Virus record (IMG/VR): IMGVR_UViG_3300027834_000002
Location: 1 to 44,145 of that record
DNA length: 44,145 bases
Reading direction: 5' to 3' (one strand)
Origin: a virus
A program made the position numbers and the translations under genes. Below the pieces are notes generated by a model, which was not told the DNA's origin, searched no databases, and saw only the letters and a program-made list of their open reading frames with translations. This document shows, one piece after another, positions 14,238 to 23,128 of the stretch (positions are counted from its first letter, which is position 1; the number at the start of each line of letters is the position of its first letter).

Positions 14238-15434
14238 TTACCGTCTCATACGTTTTTCCTTATCCTCTAAGGCTTGTTGTATCGTGAAACCTTTAGTCCT
14301 CCTACCTCCGTCTTTTATATATTGTATAGCTAATTTCTCTTCAGCCTCTTCAGGGCTACCCATTAAAGTACCTTCAGCATCATAACACATTTTACGACTA
14401 GGATCATAATATACTTTTTCACCAAAAACTTCCGTTTTCTCTTCTGTTGGTATAGGTATCAATCTGAATTTACTGCTACGATATTCGTTGCTTTGGCTTT
14501 TAAACCAAGACGGCCTAGGTAAACTACTAGCGCAGAAAGTCCACCCAGGAATGGCACCAGATAGATCGTTGGCTCTTTGTTTAAGGGCTTTAACGCCACC
14601 TTCTTTATATGCATCGAATAAAGCTTCATGTTCGTCACTGTCTGGGTTTATTGAATTGACTAACATCTTCCTTATATCTGCTGGTAACTTTGGTATTGAT
14701 TGACTTGAAACTTCTTGGTCTACTTCACCAAGCTTTGTCATCTTTACACCTTTTTCCATAGAGAAGGCATCTATATTGGTTTGTGCTCTTTGTTTTACGC
14801 CGTTCAATGTTAGGTCTGTAGGTTTACCTGTATTAATTTTACCATTATTAGCCAAGACTTCAGTTAGTGTACTGCCTAGATCCTTTATTCTTCTGATTGT
14901 CTCTACCTGATTTACATTGTGAAAACTTATATTACCTGCTTTTGTCTTATGTGCGTACATATCAGCGTTTACAGGTACAATACTTAACGGTTCTTTAGGC
15001 TCATCACCCATGAAAATACCAAGCCCATTGTTATATTCATCCACCTTAAACATGTAGTCTGCCATACCATGTAAGTCTTCTGTGTCATTAGGCCTCACTG
15101 GCGCTTTATTTGTCTCCATATACCATTTCATTTTCTGCCTTCTTGGATTAATTATCGTACTGGCGGCAATCATCTTAGACTCTGCTTTTTCTACAGGGGT
15201 CATAAAACTATAAATACTCTTCATGTTTTCATCTAATATATCTCTAGAAGCTTCATCAGCTCCCTTAGATAATTGTCTATAAGCATCAAGAGCTGATTTA
15301 ACCTGCATAGATCTAGCCCTATCTTGCATCATGTCATACTTTTTAGGTGGAGCGTTCCTCCTTTCTTGGTCATCCTGGAATCTCTGGATACTGTTGAAGG
15401 TAGACATCATACTGTTCATCTTTTGGAAATCCAT
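14238..15434 (-). CDS. Virion-module protein (398 aa), candidate internal protein
   Basis: Track ORF. The call rests on position only. Confidence 0.8.
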   Translation of the reverse strand: MDFQKMNSMMSTFNSIQRFQDDQERRNAPPKKYDMMQDRARSMQVKSALDAYRQLSKGADEASRDILDENMKSIYSFMTPVEKAESKMIAASTIINPRRQKMKWYMETNKAPVRPNDTEDLHGMADYMFKVDEYNNGLGIFMGDEPKEPLSIVPVNADMYAHKTKAGNISFHNVNQVETIRRIKDLGSTLTEVLANNGKINTGKPTDLTLNGVKQRAQTNIDAFSMEKGVKMTKLGEVDQEVSSQSIPKLPADIRKMLVNSINPDSDEHEALFDAYKEGGVKALKQRANDLSGAIPGWTFCASSLPRPSWFKSQSNEYRSSKFRLIPIPTEEKTEVFGEKVYYDPSRKMCYDAEGTLMGSPEEAEEKLAIQYIKDGGRRTKGFTIQQALEDKEKRMRR

Positions 15435-15443
15435 ATAACCTCC

Positions 15444-16094
15444 TTAGTAGTCGGAACTATTGTCTTTAGATTTATTTGCTTTATTCTCTTGTGCAGTCCT
15501 TATTAGTTCCTTGAAGAATTCAGTTGTATCATAGTTCTGCGACCTACCATAGCTAACCTCATCAGCACTTACGCCTTTAGTCCATTCGAACTTATCTCTT
15601 TCTAGTTGTGTTCGATCGCCGACCTGATCTAAATTTCTTGATTGTGTACTGTAGCTTGTGCTAGCTTCACTTTCTCGCTGATCCATCTGTCTATCTATGT
15701 TATACTTCTGTGCTTCGGTTTGTTTATCTACTCCATACTTCTGTGCCGACACCTGCCTCCTTGACTCTATATCTCTATAGGCTAATTCCTTTTTACCTAG
15801 AGCGTACTGTTGATCCGCTGCATCACGTCTCTGTTCTATGTCTGATTTTTGTACCTTTAAGCCTTCCTCAACCTCCCATCTCTTGGCGTCTGCTGCCATT
15901 TTAAAACTATCTTGACTCCAAGCCATTTGTTCATCAAACTGTCTAGTTGATTCATCTAGCTCAGCATAGAATTGATCCATTGAACTTAAGTATGCAGCTT
16001 GCTTCATAGCTTCTGCCCTAAGTGAATCCTCGAATGCACCAGGTTTACTATAAGCTGATTCACTGGGAAGAAACAGTCCTATTCCATTTGCCAT
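15444..16094 (-). CDS. Virion-module protein (216 aa), charged and coiled-coil-like
   Basis: Track ORF with Gln/Glu/Asp/Arg-rich composition. Confidence 0.8.
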   Translation of the reverse strand: MANGIGLFLPSESAYSKPGAFEDSLRAEAMKQAAYLSSMDQFYAELDESTRQFDEQMAWSQDSFKMAADAKRWEVEEGLKVQKSDIEQRRDAADQQYALGKKELAYRDIESRRQVSAQKYGVDKQTEAQKYNIDRQMDQRESEASTSYSTQSRNLDQVGDRTQLERDKFEWTKGVSADEVSYGRSQNYDTTEFFKELIRTAQENKANKSKDNSSDY

Positions 16095-16512
16095 TTTGTA
16101 ATCTCCATTGTTGTTTAGCGTTTATACTTAAAAACCTCTTGCTAATCCCTATAGCTTTCAATAGGTCTTGAGGTGTCTTCTTTGAGAATACTGCATGTCC
16201 GCAATCCTTGCAATACCATTGACTTTTATATGAACCACCTATCATTGTGCCAGGCGTGTTATTAACTTCCATTGGAGCCATTGCAGATCCACATTCGTCG
16301 CAAGTCTTTAACTTAGAATGAACATGTTTATTAAATGACTCCCTTAACTCCATACTTTTCCTGTTAACTTTGTATTGTTCAGACCTCCATTCGATAAAAT
16401 CATCGATTTCTATTTCATGTTTCCTTATAAGCTTTAGGAGGTCTACCATTCCATGTAGGACTCCCTGTCCGAATGCTTCTATATCTGCTTTAAATTCTTC
16501 TGGTATATACAT
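16060..16512 (-). CDS. Zn-ribbon-containing hypothetical protein (150 aa; start uncertain)
   Basis: The track ORF 16060..16623 was shortened to ATG 16512, 2 nt after the upstream stop, which avoids a 110-nt overlap. No good SD is seen at any candidate start. It carries the motif CDECG...CKDCG. Confidence 0.6.
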   Translation of the reverse strand: MYIPEEFKADIEAFGQGVLHGMVDLLKLIRKHEIEIDDFIEWRSEQYKVNRKSMELRESFNKHVHSKLKTCDECGSAMAPMEVNNTPGTMIGGSYKSQWYCKDCGHAVFSKKTPQDLLKAIGISKRFLSINAKQQWRLQNGKWNRTVSSQ

Positions 16513-16513
16513 A

Positions 16514-17743
16514 TTAACATGTCCATAAAAAAAATGATAGTGAACTGGCGCATATGCATCTAGCATACCTCGGATCTCCGCCATATGAGCACCACGTATT
16601 GTAATTATTAAACCAGTAAGCATTTACACCATCAGCACAGTTTTCTTCATCAATAACACAAGTGCCAACAGTATTAACCATATCAGTACAATACTCTTGA
16701 ACCGTATCAAAACCACCCCAATACCCAGATGATGTATATAAACAAGCTGTCTTCCCTACTGGAGCTGTTCCTACCCAACCCCATTGTGAATGCTGTTCCT
16801 GTCTCTTATTACCGTAATCAAAATAATACCTAGCCCAACTAGGGCCTAGATTATTCACCCAATACCCAGAGCCAGAAGATACACATTGATCATCATAAGC
16901 ACTATCATAAGCCCATTGCCCAGTTGTACATCTAACCCAACCAGTTATAGATTCTCCGCAAGCATCGGTTACAGTTATTGTGCAAGATCCACAAGCTGTA
17001 GCGCCTGCACTTAATTCATTAACTAAACCTGATGTATCGGAGTGTGTTAAAGAAAAACCTGTCCCAGACTCTGACCAGCTATATGGCCCAACGCCATCTA
17101 GGACAGCTATAGTACAGCTACTACTCCTTGCTATAGTTTCGGAGCTGGTGCTATCATCCCATGAGATTGAGGTGTCTGGCGGGCATCCGTATGAACAGTT
17201 AAATGGGAAGCTAATCTGTTCGCAGAAATTATCTGCTCCATCGATTACACTTATACCTATTTGATGATCTCCTGAATTAAGATCGAACGTTAGATGTCCT
17301 CCTAAATCACCAAAAAAACTATCTTCCTCTGAGGTTCTCCATTCACCTAAGTAGTCAACTAATTCAACTGATACATCTAGATGGTTATCGTGTAACGGAT
17401 AGTTGGTGCATACCCAAGCCACCAACCAGTCCATCCCATCTGAGCAATCATCTTCATGCGGAGGAACTGGATTATAAATACCGCATGTTCTACACTCACC
17501 AGATGGCTCCTCTATCCTAGGTTCCAGTCCACCATTGGTGCTCCCTACAGCTCCAGGTTCATAGCTAGGCCACTCCTGTCTTGGTAACGCTAAATGCCTT
17601 GCTCTGTATGAATCGTAATCGTATGGTCTTTCAAATTGAGATTCAACAGCTAATGATTGGTATAGATATCTTTCTGGGTTCCTGTAGTGTTTCAATAAAC
17701 TATCTTCACTCATTAAATAATTCTTCCTATTCTTCTCTGCCAT
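16514..17743 (-). CDS. Cysteine-rich virion-module protein (409 aa, 24 Cys)
   Basis: Track ORF. I counted 24 Cys, including ACGSCTITVTDACGESITG (Ig-like-domain flavour), NFCEQISFPFNCSYGC and EYCTDMVNTVGTCVIDEENC. Confidence 0.85.
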   Translation of the reverse strand: MAEKNRKNYLMSEDSLLKHYRNPERYLYQSLAVESQFERPYDYDSYRARHLALPRQEWPSYEPGAVGSTNGGLEPRIEEPSGECRTCGIYNPVPPHEDDCSDGMDWLVAWVCTNYPLHDNHLDVSVELVDYLGEWRTSEEDSFFGDLGGHLTFDLNSGDHQIGISVIDGADNFCEQISFPFNCSYGCPPDTSISWDDSTSSETIARSSSCTIAVLDGVGPYSWSESGTGFSLTHSDTSGLVNELSAGATACGSCTITVTDACGESITGWVRCTTGQWAYDSAYDDQCVSSGSGYWVNNLGPSWARYYFDYGNKRQEQHSQWGWVGTAPVGKTACLYTSSGYWGGFDTVQEYCTDMVNTVGTCVIDEENCADGVNAYWFNNYNTWCSYGGDPRYARCICASSLSFFLWTC

Positions 17744-20196
17744 TAGAAATCAATCTCCCCTCTAGCATCCACAGCATATAGGAATGAGTGTACTTCTAAT
17801 TCAAGGTCGTCTTCCGTAACTGAGAACTCTAATTGAAATGTACCACAATTCTCATGACTAGCTGAGAGCTTCGGTAACACTAAATCATAACCAGCGTTAG
17901 TTAAGTCCATCATATCTGGCTTAGTTAGAGCTGTACCAGACGTGGCCAGGTCTTTAAAGAAATTACATGCGATAGTCTTGGTTGTTGGAGATGTACGAGC
18001 TACAGCCTCTATATGGACACCTCTGAAGGTAAACCTCATCGTAGTTGTCATACCTTGCTCAGCGCTAATAGCTCTAGTCTTGATGCTATGGTTTATTCCT
18101 TGATCCACATCACTAGTTGTTTTATCAGATGTATCATCTTCAAGCTTCATAACTAATCCACCCCTAGACCCACCGTACACATAATACCGATTATCGGTAC
18201 CTCTAAAGATTAAGCCTGTTACTAGATCTATTTGCCTTGTCCACTTAGGGTAGAACTCATCAGACACATAATTATAAACCAACTCAAATCCTGCTTGTGT
18301 AGCTGAATAAGGAACTATCAAGTGGTACTCATTCTTAAGCCTATCGACAAAGCTCTGACAGTTATCTAATTTTGTGGCTTCAATAGCTGTTGAATATTCC
18401 GTATCAAAGAAGTGATTAACTGGCCCTGATACTTTCTTAGGCTTTCTACCATCAAACACATAGATACCATCTGTATCCATCCATATAGCTATAGACATTG
18501 GTTCATCAGTTTTAATAGATGGGAACCCTGTCTCTATAACTTGCACTGTCTTAGGTGAACAACATCCAATAGTCTCGCATACTTTAGCTGGCCCAAACGT
18601 TGCTGGGCTATATCCTTCCAGGAGCCATACCTCATTAGCTTTAAATATTATAAGTTCATGGTAGAAATGGGCTGCTGCAACTATCTTACTCATATCTCCC
18701 AATTGGTTTATGTGACCACTATCGCTACCAGAGAAACAATCAGGACGATCAACACATGAATACCTTAACCTGTTTGGGTATTCAACTTCACCCCACATAA
18801 ATAATCTATTCTTAAACTCTATAACACCGTCAACTGCATCGAGGTCTTCTGGTTTATTTGCTACGACTATTGATGAAACCCTTATATCATCTACAGCATT
18901 GTCCAGTGTTCCATTTGTGCCTACTCTATACCAATAGCCTGGTACACTGTCATGTGGCCTTGACCCTCTACATGGTACAACCGTGGTTCTATCGAATGAA
19001 ACTAAAGCTGACTGGGACAACGTTTTAGTCTTTGATGAATCGTCAAGGGTTCTATCATCAAGTGTTCCTACACTAGTCCAACTATCCCCGTCCCAAACAT
19101 CTATCTCGTCTATATCTATTACTGCTGTGTTTTCATAACCATCTACAACTGCAAATCCTACAGCTATTATAGGTTCTATGGTTTTAATATATATCCAGTC
19201 ACTAGTGGTGTGTCCATCCATCTGCATGTAGGTTCCAGTAGATTCATTAGTTACTTTACCTGTTAAGTTAGCATATTCCTTTGAAGTATCATTGTATTGC
19301 CTAACTGCTGCCGGATACTCAAAGACACCATTCCATTTATTAGTTACTTCACACATATCGTATTCAACTTTACACGATGTGATCTGTGTACCATCTGTAA
19401 GCGCTGCGCTAAACTCTACTTTATACCAGTAACCCATTTGATTGTCTATTAACGACATTTCATCTGCTGCGTTTTTGGCAAAAGTTATATCACCATCCTG
19501 TGCAATGGTTGCTCCACCTGATATTGTACCATCTGTTCCAACTGCATCAGTCCAGGATCCTGACCTCATGGCATACAATGTCATAGCTACCGTTTCTGAA
19601 TTAACAGTTGAACCAACCTCTATACTTATTTTACTTAACCTTTCAGGGGCACATATGTAAAGGTCATCTGTTGCGGTATCTCTAAGAGATGCATATGTGG
19701 TTGTTTTCCCATCTGTAACCCTCTTAGTGTATGAATGTATTTCTGTAGCTGATCCAGTTCTGAAAATCTTAAAACCTGTACAGTAAGGATTATCACCACC
19801 CCACGTTAAAGGTACTGAACCATCAGCATAAAAGAACTGATCATTAACCATACAGGAAAAGCCTGGTTGAGTCGTACTTAGGTCTGAACTAATACTACTA
19901 CCAAATGTAGTACCATCAGCTGGTGGGTCATTAGTTGCATCGTGTAAATTCCCATTATATTGTGCCATGAAATGGTAATCATCGTTTAAAGGGTGTGTAT
20001 ACTGGTGAAGAGATAGGATACTGTTAGCACCAAGGGTAGTAGAATTATGAAGAGTACAACCCTTTCTAACTTTCCAACCACCAAGAGCGCTAACCTTCCT
20101 CATGTTTAATCCATCAGACACACTTCCGGCTGGTAATAAAGTTGCCGGAGTTACTCCATCATATTTTCCGTTTAACGGCTCTTTAAATAGTTTCAT
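17743..20196 (-). CDS. Large tail protein (817 aa), tail tubular B/nozzle-like by size and position
   Basis: Track ORF. It follows a 278-aa protein, as gp11/gp12 do in T7-like order. No motif-level proof. Confidence 0.85.
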   Translation of the reverse strand: MKLFKEPLNGKYDGVTPATLLPAGSVSDGLNMRKVSALGGWKVRKGCTLHNSTTLGANSILSLHQYTHPLNDDYHFMAQYNGNLHDATNDPPADGTTFGSSISSDLSTTQPGFSCMVNDQFFYADGSVPLTWGGDNPYCTGFKIFRTGSATEIHSYTKRVTDGKTTTYASLRDTATDDLYICAPERLSKISIEVGSTVNSETVAMTLYAMRSGSWTDAVGTDGTISGGATIAQDGDITFAKNAADEMSLIDNQMGYWYKVEFSAALTDGTQITSCKVEYDMCEVTNKWNGVFEYPAAVRQYNDTSKEYANLTGKVTNESTGTYMQMDGHTTSDWIYIKTIEPIIAVGFAVVDGYENTAVIDIDEIDVWDGDSWTSVGTLDDRTLDDSSKTKTLSQSALVSFDRTTVVPCRGSRPHDSVPGYWYRVGTNGTLDNAVDDIRVSSIVVANKPEDLDAVDGVIEFKNRLFMWGEVEYPNRLRYSCVDRPDCFSGSDSGHINQLGDMSKIVAAAHFYHELIIFKANEVWLLEGYSPATFGPAKVCETIGCCSPKTVQVIETGFPSIKTDEPMSIAIWMDTDGIYVFDGRKPKKVSGPVNHFFDTEYSTAIEATKLDNCQSFVDRLKNEYHLIVPYSATQAGFELVYNYVSDEFYPKWTRQIDLVTGLIFRGTDNRYYVYGGSRGGLVMKLEDDTSDKTTSDVDQGINHSIKTRAISAEQGMTTTMRFTFRGVHIEAVARTSPTTKTIACNFFKDLATSGTALTKPDMMDLTNAGYDLVLPKLSASHENCGTFQLEFSVTEDDLELEVHSFLYAVDARGEIDF

Positions 20197-21032
20197 TATG
20201 TTATTAGGTCTCCAAACATAACGCCATCAGCTCCGACGTTTCGGCTTTCAATCCATTCTTCAACTATCTTCCTGGCGTTCCTTGCTTCTTGTATGTAATA
20301 CGATATTACCTTTTCATCCATTGTTGCTCCTGGTCTCATTAGGGAACTTACAGTTGCGTCCCATACTATGTAGGAGTGCATTTCTTCCGGAATCATCGGG
20401 ATGGTACCATATACCGTGTCTGTTGAAAATGTCCCTGCTGCTGTGGTACATACACCTGCTGCTGTGTAATCGGTAATAGATGTTCTTATGGCTGATCCAG
20501 TTCCTGATATGATCTCTATCTCTGCGTCGTTGTAGTAATCAACTCGCATAACCGGATTGAGCGCTGTAGTTAAGGTTAGTGAAGTAGCTGCACCAGCATC
20601 TGCGTAATCAGATATACCGCTCGTGTGTAGGTCTGGGATTCTTCTTTGATACCAGATTGTTAGCTCTGTTGTGTAATCATCTTCATTGACCATCAATCCA
20701 TCCATAACGGGATATACTTCAAGACAAGTGTCATTTAAATTTCTACTAATAGACCTACCTTTTATTGACGGTAAGAAATGTACAACACGCCCAGTTTCTT
20801 TAACTTCTATGTATGCAATCTTTGAACAGTTGGATGGGTAAGTTATTAGGCTAGCTACAGGTGTTATGTCTGCGCTCTCGATTAACCATCCACCTTGGGC
20901 CATAGACAACATTTGAGCCACCTTTCTCTGGCTAGCGTTTATTCTTCTTAGGATGTTTAAGTCAGTCCAATGAGAAGCAGTTTCTTCTCCTATATTTTCT
21001 CTTACCATTTCGAGCATGAAAAACGCATTCAT
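20196..21032 (-). CDS. Tail tubular A/adaptor-like protein (278 aa) by position
   Basis: Track ORF with a 1-nt stop/start overlap with the 817-aa gene. Confidence 0.8.
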   Translation of the reverse strand: MNAFFMLEMVRENIGEETASHWTDLNILRRINASQRKVAQMLSMAQGGWLIESADITPVASLITYPSNCSKIAYIEVKETGRVVHFLPSIKGRSISRNLNDTCLEVYPVMDGLMVNEDDYTTELTIWYQRRIPDLHTSGISDYADAGAATSLTLTTALNPVMRVDYYNDAEIEIISGTGSAIRTSITDYTAAGVCTTAAGTFSTDTVYGTIPMIPEEMHSYIVWDATVSSLMRPGATMDEKVISYYIQEARNARKIVEEWIESRNVGADGVMFGDLIT

Positions 21033-21044
21033 ATTTATCTCCTA

Positions 21045-21350
21045 TTATTGTTCTTCCTGTGGCCCTTGCTGCTGCGGTTGCTGAGTCGGTTGTGGCTGTG
21101 GTTCTTCTTTCTTAAAATTCATTCCGTCCAGCTCGTGGGTAGCCTCTTGTGGTAACTGTTGCGCTAAGCCTTCAAATCTTTTGGTTAGTTGGCCGTACAT
21201 TTCCTGAAGTGTTTTAAATTTATTCTGCTGAACCATTATTTGTTTCTTCAACATAGTCTCTATAAGTTTTAAGCTTTTATATTTCTTGGACCATGACACC
21301 TGTTCAGGTGTTAATTTATATTTCTCTACATTCTCACCTTTAATGTCCAT
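21045..21350 (-). CDS. Hypothetical protein (101 aa) with Gln/Pro-rich tail
   Basis: Track ORF whose C-terminus is EEPQPQPTQQPQQQGPQEEQ. Confidence 0.7.
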   Translation of the reverse strand: MDIKGENVEKYKLTPEQVSWSKKYKSLKLIETMLKKQIMVQQNKFKTLQEMYGQLTKRFEGLAQQLPQEATHELDGMNFKKEEPQPQPTQQPQQQGPQEEQ

Positions 21351-21855
21351 TAGCTATTACCCTCACTAGTTTTTTTATGTTAGATGGTTTATTCTTAAGC
21401 ATCGTTCCATTCATAAACCTTTTCGGTACTTGAACCCTCAAACCTTTAGTGTACCATGCAAGCTCCTTTGAGCAATCAGATAATCTATCGTTCAACCTTT
21501 TACGCTTAGCCCTTAATATGTTTTCATCCATTTTATCAAAGTATCCCATAATTTCCTCTACAGAGTACTTTCTAAGATCATTCTTTTGTAAGTTTAAAAT
21601 AATATCAGCTCCAACTTCCCTGAACGTTCTATCTTGTGTTTGAATAGTCATAACGTGTCTAGCTCTTGGATTCAATCTTTTCTTTACTCTACCACCTTGC
21701 CCAATAAATTTCCAAACCTCCCATTTATTGGAAACATTATCCCACACAATATCAAGTTCTTTATCTAATGCTTGTAATTGTTTCTTGAATCCAACGTCTG
21801 CAACCATCACACCATCGTTTGTGGTCCTAAAACTATTAAATCTTCTATTATCCAT
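21340..21855 (-). CDS. Hypothetical protein (171 aa)
   Basis: Track ORF, the first gene after a 225-bp intergenic region. Confidence 0.8.
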   Translation of the reverse strand: MDNRRFNSFRTTNDGVMVADVGFKKQLQALDKELDIVWDNVSNKWEVWKFIGQGGRVKKRLNPRARHVMTIQTQDRTFREVGADIILNLQKNDLRKYSVEEIMGYFDKMDENILRAKRKRLNDRLSDCSKELAWYTKGLRVQVPKRFMNGTMLKNKPSNIKKLVRVIANGH

Positions 21856-21951
21856 CTTATTCCCTATTTTTTTAAAAACTTATTTCAAAATGGATTAAGA
21901 TAAGGTATCGTCAATCCACGTTCTCAATATAAAGCTTACCTTGCTATCTAA

Positions 21952-21980
21952 ATTATACTAAAGTCTACCTATGTGGCTAA
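21952..21980 (-). promoter_or_regulatory. Candidate sigma70-type promoter (-35 TTAGCC, 17-nt spacer, -10 TATAAT)
   Basis: Minus-strand reading of plus attata (21952-21957) and ggctaa (21975-21980). The -10 is perfect and the -35 is weak. It lies about 95 nt upstream of ATG 21855. Confidence 0.3.
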
Positions 21981-22034
21981 TATTAAGCCTGGTGGGATTT
22001 GTCTGATTTAGCCAACGATTACTGAAACCTCCTT

Positions 22035-22073
22035 CTATTTCCCTACCAGTGGAGTACACTAGTAGGAAAATAG
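22035..22073 (-). other. Long RNA stem-loop (17-bp stem, 5-nt loop) immediately after the beta-helix gene
   Basis: Minus-sense CTATTTTCCTACTAGTG-TACTC-CACTGGTAGGGAAATAG. Two G-U pairs in minus sense would be C-A mismatches in plus sense. No U-tract follows. Confidence 0.75.
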
Positions 22074-22080
22074 AATAATT

Positions 22081-23043
22081 CTAGCTTGTGTGATCTGGAG
22101 ATATTGGTAATCCGATATAAGTTGCATCGGCTGCTGACCATACAGTGTTAAATAAAACACCGGCCTCTTTTGTATTGTCGGTTACATCTGTTACATTATA
22201 CATCTGACAATTTTTAAAGAAGACTCTATGAGCGGTTGTAGCTGGCCCAAACTTAACACCGAGTGCCAGGTTTGATGTCCAAGAAGAAGAGTTGTTGATA
22301 AAGATACAATCTTCGAACATCGTCCATCCGTAAGTAACTGACGAACCAATCTCTACATAGTAAGGAGTGGTTGCGCTTGACATTGAAAGAATTTTACAAC
22401 CCTTGAAGATATTCCTACTTGAATCAGTACCAACTCTAATTACAGAGTTAGCCGCTGACCTGGCTACAGTTTCAATCCCTAGCGTACAATCCTCAAATAA
22501 AGTTTCCTTAGCACCAGTTAGCTCGATAGTAGAATAACCTGCTGTACCGGATTCAGTAGCATTCATTGGCCCACCAAAATGGCATTTCTTGAATGTATTC
22601 CTATCACCGGTAACTTCTACGTTATGGAGGTTAGTTGCACTACCCCTGCCATGCATCGTATAGATATTAGATAATAGATTACCGTATCCACTTACAGTAA
22701 TTAAGGCATCAAAGTCATCACTATGACCAATACGTGCCCTGTGATTCATAGCTGCGTCTGGATACATACCTACTAAGTGTGTCATGTTCTTGTCGAAAGT
22801 TAAGGCAGCAGCTTGTGAATGACTATCTGGAGATAATAAAATAGTATCGTTACGGCCACTCTCTACATTAACGTAAGCATCACCGATAGTAGGATGTAGT
22901 TTACCTGACTCGACTTTCCCATCAAGGAACTCATGAGTGTTACCATCAACGGTAGCAACGTAATGAATATCTGAAACACCGGCAACACCCATACCCTCTA
23001 TAATTCTTCTAATACTTGGATCTAAATTTCTTGCTTTTATCAT
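22081..23043 (-). CDS. Right-handed parallel beta-helix repeat protein (320 aa)
   Basis: It has periodic F-x-x-C-x-(F/L/I/M) rungs: FKKCHF, FEDCTL, FKGCKI, FEDCIF, FKNCQM. This is typical of pectate-lyase-fold tailspike or depolymerase-like proteins. It sits directly after the capsid gene. Confidence 0.8.
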   Translation of the reverse strand: MIKARNLDPSIRRIIEGMGVAGVSDIHYVATVDGNTHEFLDGKVESGKLHPTIGDAYVNVESGRNDTILLSPDSHSQAAALTFDKNMTHLVGMYPDAAMNHRARIGHSDDFDALITVSGYGNLLSNIYTMHGRGSATNLHNVEVTGDRNTFKKCHFGGPMNATESGTAGYSTIELTGAKETLFEDCTLGIETVARSAANSVIRVGTDSSRNIFKGCKILSMSSATTPYYVEIGSSVTYGWTMFEDCIFINNSSSWTSNLALGVKFGPATTAHRVFFKNCQMYNVTDVTDNTKEAGVLFNTVWSAADATYIGLPISPDHTS

Positions 23044-23078
23044 TTTACATTCCTTTTCTGTTTGTGAAATAGTTTACC

Positions 23079-23115
23079 CTTTTTGAGATAAGGTGAAATT
23101 CCTTACCCCAAAAAG
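23079..23115 (-). other. Long RNA stem-loop (15-bp stem, 7-nt loop) between the capsid gene and the beta-helix gene
   Basis: Minus-sense CTTTTTGGGGTAAGG-AATTTCA-CCTTATCTCAAAAAG. Two G-U pairs in minus sense would be A-C mismatches in plus sense. No U-tract follows. Confidence 0.75.
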
Positions 23116-23128
23116 ATACTAAAGGATT

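Noticed and set aside
16060-16623. Longest-ORF starts for several track ORFs (16623, 4609, 28820, 31218, 32275, 32384, 36801, 39927, 43509)
   Set aside because: Each would overlap the upstream gene by 40-130 nt and lacks an SD. Downstream ATGs with GGAGG-type sites or stop/start junctions were preferred. The start of 16060 remains uncertain.
22035-23115. The two long hairpins as rho-independent terminators
   Set aside because: Neither is followed by a U-tract in minus sense. They are kept as RNA stem-loops of unknown role rather than annotated as terminators.
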